The notes below the pieces were generated by a model. The model was not told where the DNA came from, did not search any database, and was given only the letters and a program-made list of their open reading frames with translations. This document shows, piece by piece, positions 63,561-64,000 of a stretch of DNA of 64,000 nucleotides (position 1 is its first letter; each line of letters opens with the position of its first letter). The stretch lies in NCBI RefSeq assembly GCF_030144855.1, contig NW_026781489.1, positions 1-64,000 on the forward strand. The letters are read 5' to 3'. The DNA comes from Hypanus sabinus (Eukaryota). The position numbers were made by a program, and so were the translations under genes.

Positions 63561-64000
63561 GGATTGCATTATTGTCCATAACAATTTTAAGCAGTTATGA
63601 TTCTGGTCTTTGAAGAATAAGTGCTGACCAATAGAACATTCTGCATTTTACTCTAACTCATTATCTCACCTAGCTTTAGCCACCTCCATCCACGGAAAAT
63701 AAAAGTCTCCTTCTCTTCACTCGATTTCTGCTTCCTGTAATATTATATAACTCGTTCAAGTCATCTCATCATACTTCCCTTCAAAGTGAAAAACCCTATC
63801 TTACACAGCAGTCCTCACAAGTCATGCTCCATGCAGTTCAAAGTTTAATGTAAATTTATTGTCAAAATTTATTTGTCACCATTTATCACCCCGAGATTTA
63901 TTTTCCCTTGGGCATACACAATGAATAGCTAGAAACACTATGGAATCAATGAAAACTACACACAGCAAATCCGGACAGAAGACCAATGTACAAACGACAA

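Overview
Vertebrate genomic DNA, most likely a cartilaginous fish (ray or shark); this is inferred from GPR139-like receptor paralogues, CR1 LINEs and Penelope tails. The window is dominated by transposable elements. Host content: (i) a minus-strand C2H2 zinc-finger array (~1.9-4.1 kb) with stops and a frameshift, with a possible CpG-island first exon near 20.2-20.8 kb; (ii) a GPR139-like class A GPCR cluster with one apparently intact two-exon gene (29753-29822 + 32989-33857, ~312 aa) and two or three pseudogenes. Mobile DNA: a multiply deleted endogenous retrovirus (7.5-14.8 kb; tRNA-Ser PBS, gag, protease, a 2H-phosphoesterase/CNPase-like insert, almost no RT, RNase H, integrase, gamma-type env); several solo LTRs; a Gypsy RNase H remnant; many CR1 and Rex-type LINE pieces; Penelope pieces with minimal hammerhead ribozyme motifs; a hAT derivative with perfect 14-bp TIRs; a Tc1 remnant; and a ~5.9-kb LTR-like element inflated by three tandem arrays (20 bp x ~195 with a 1460-bp higher-order repeat, 50 bp x ~10, 103 bp x 3). 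The most notable signals are the 2H domain in the ERV pol, the intact GPCR lacking both disulfide cysteines, the repeat-inflated LTR, and a TSD-flanked ~93-bp hammerhead module. All calls were made by eye, with no database searches.
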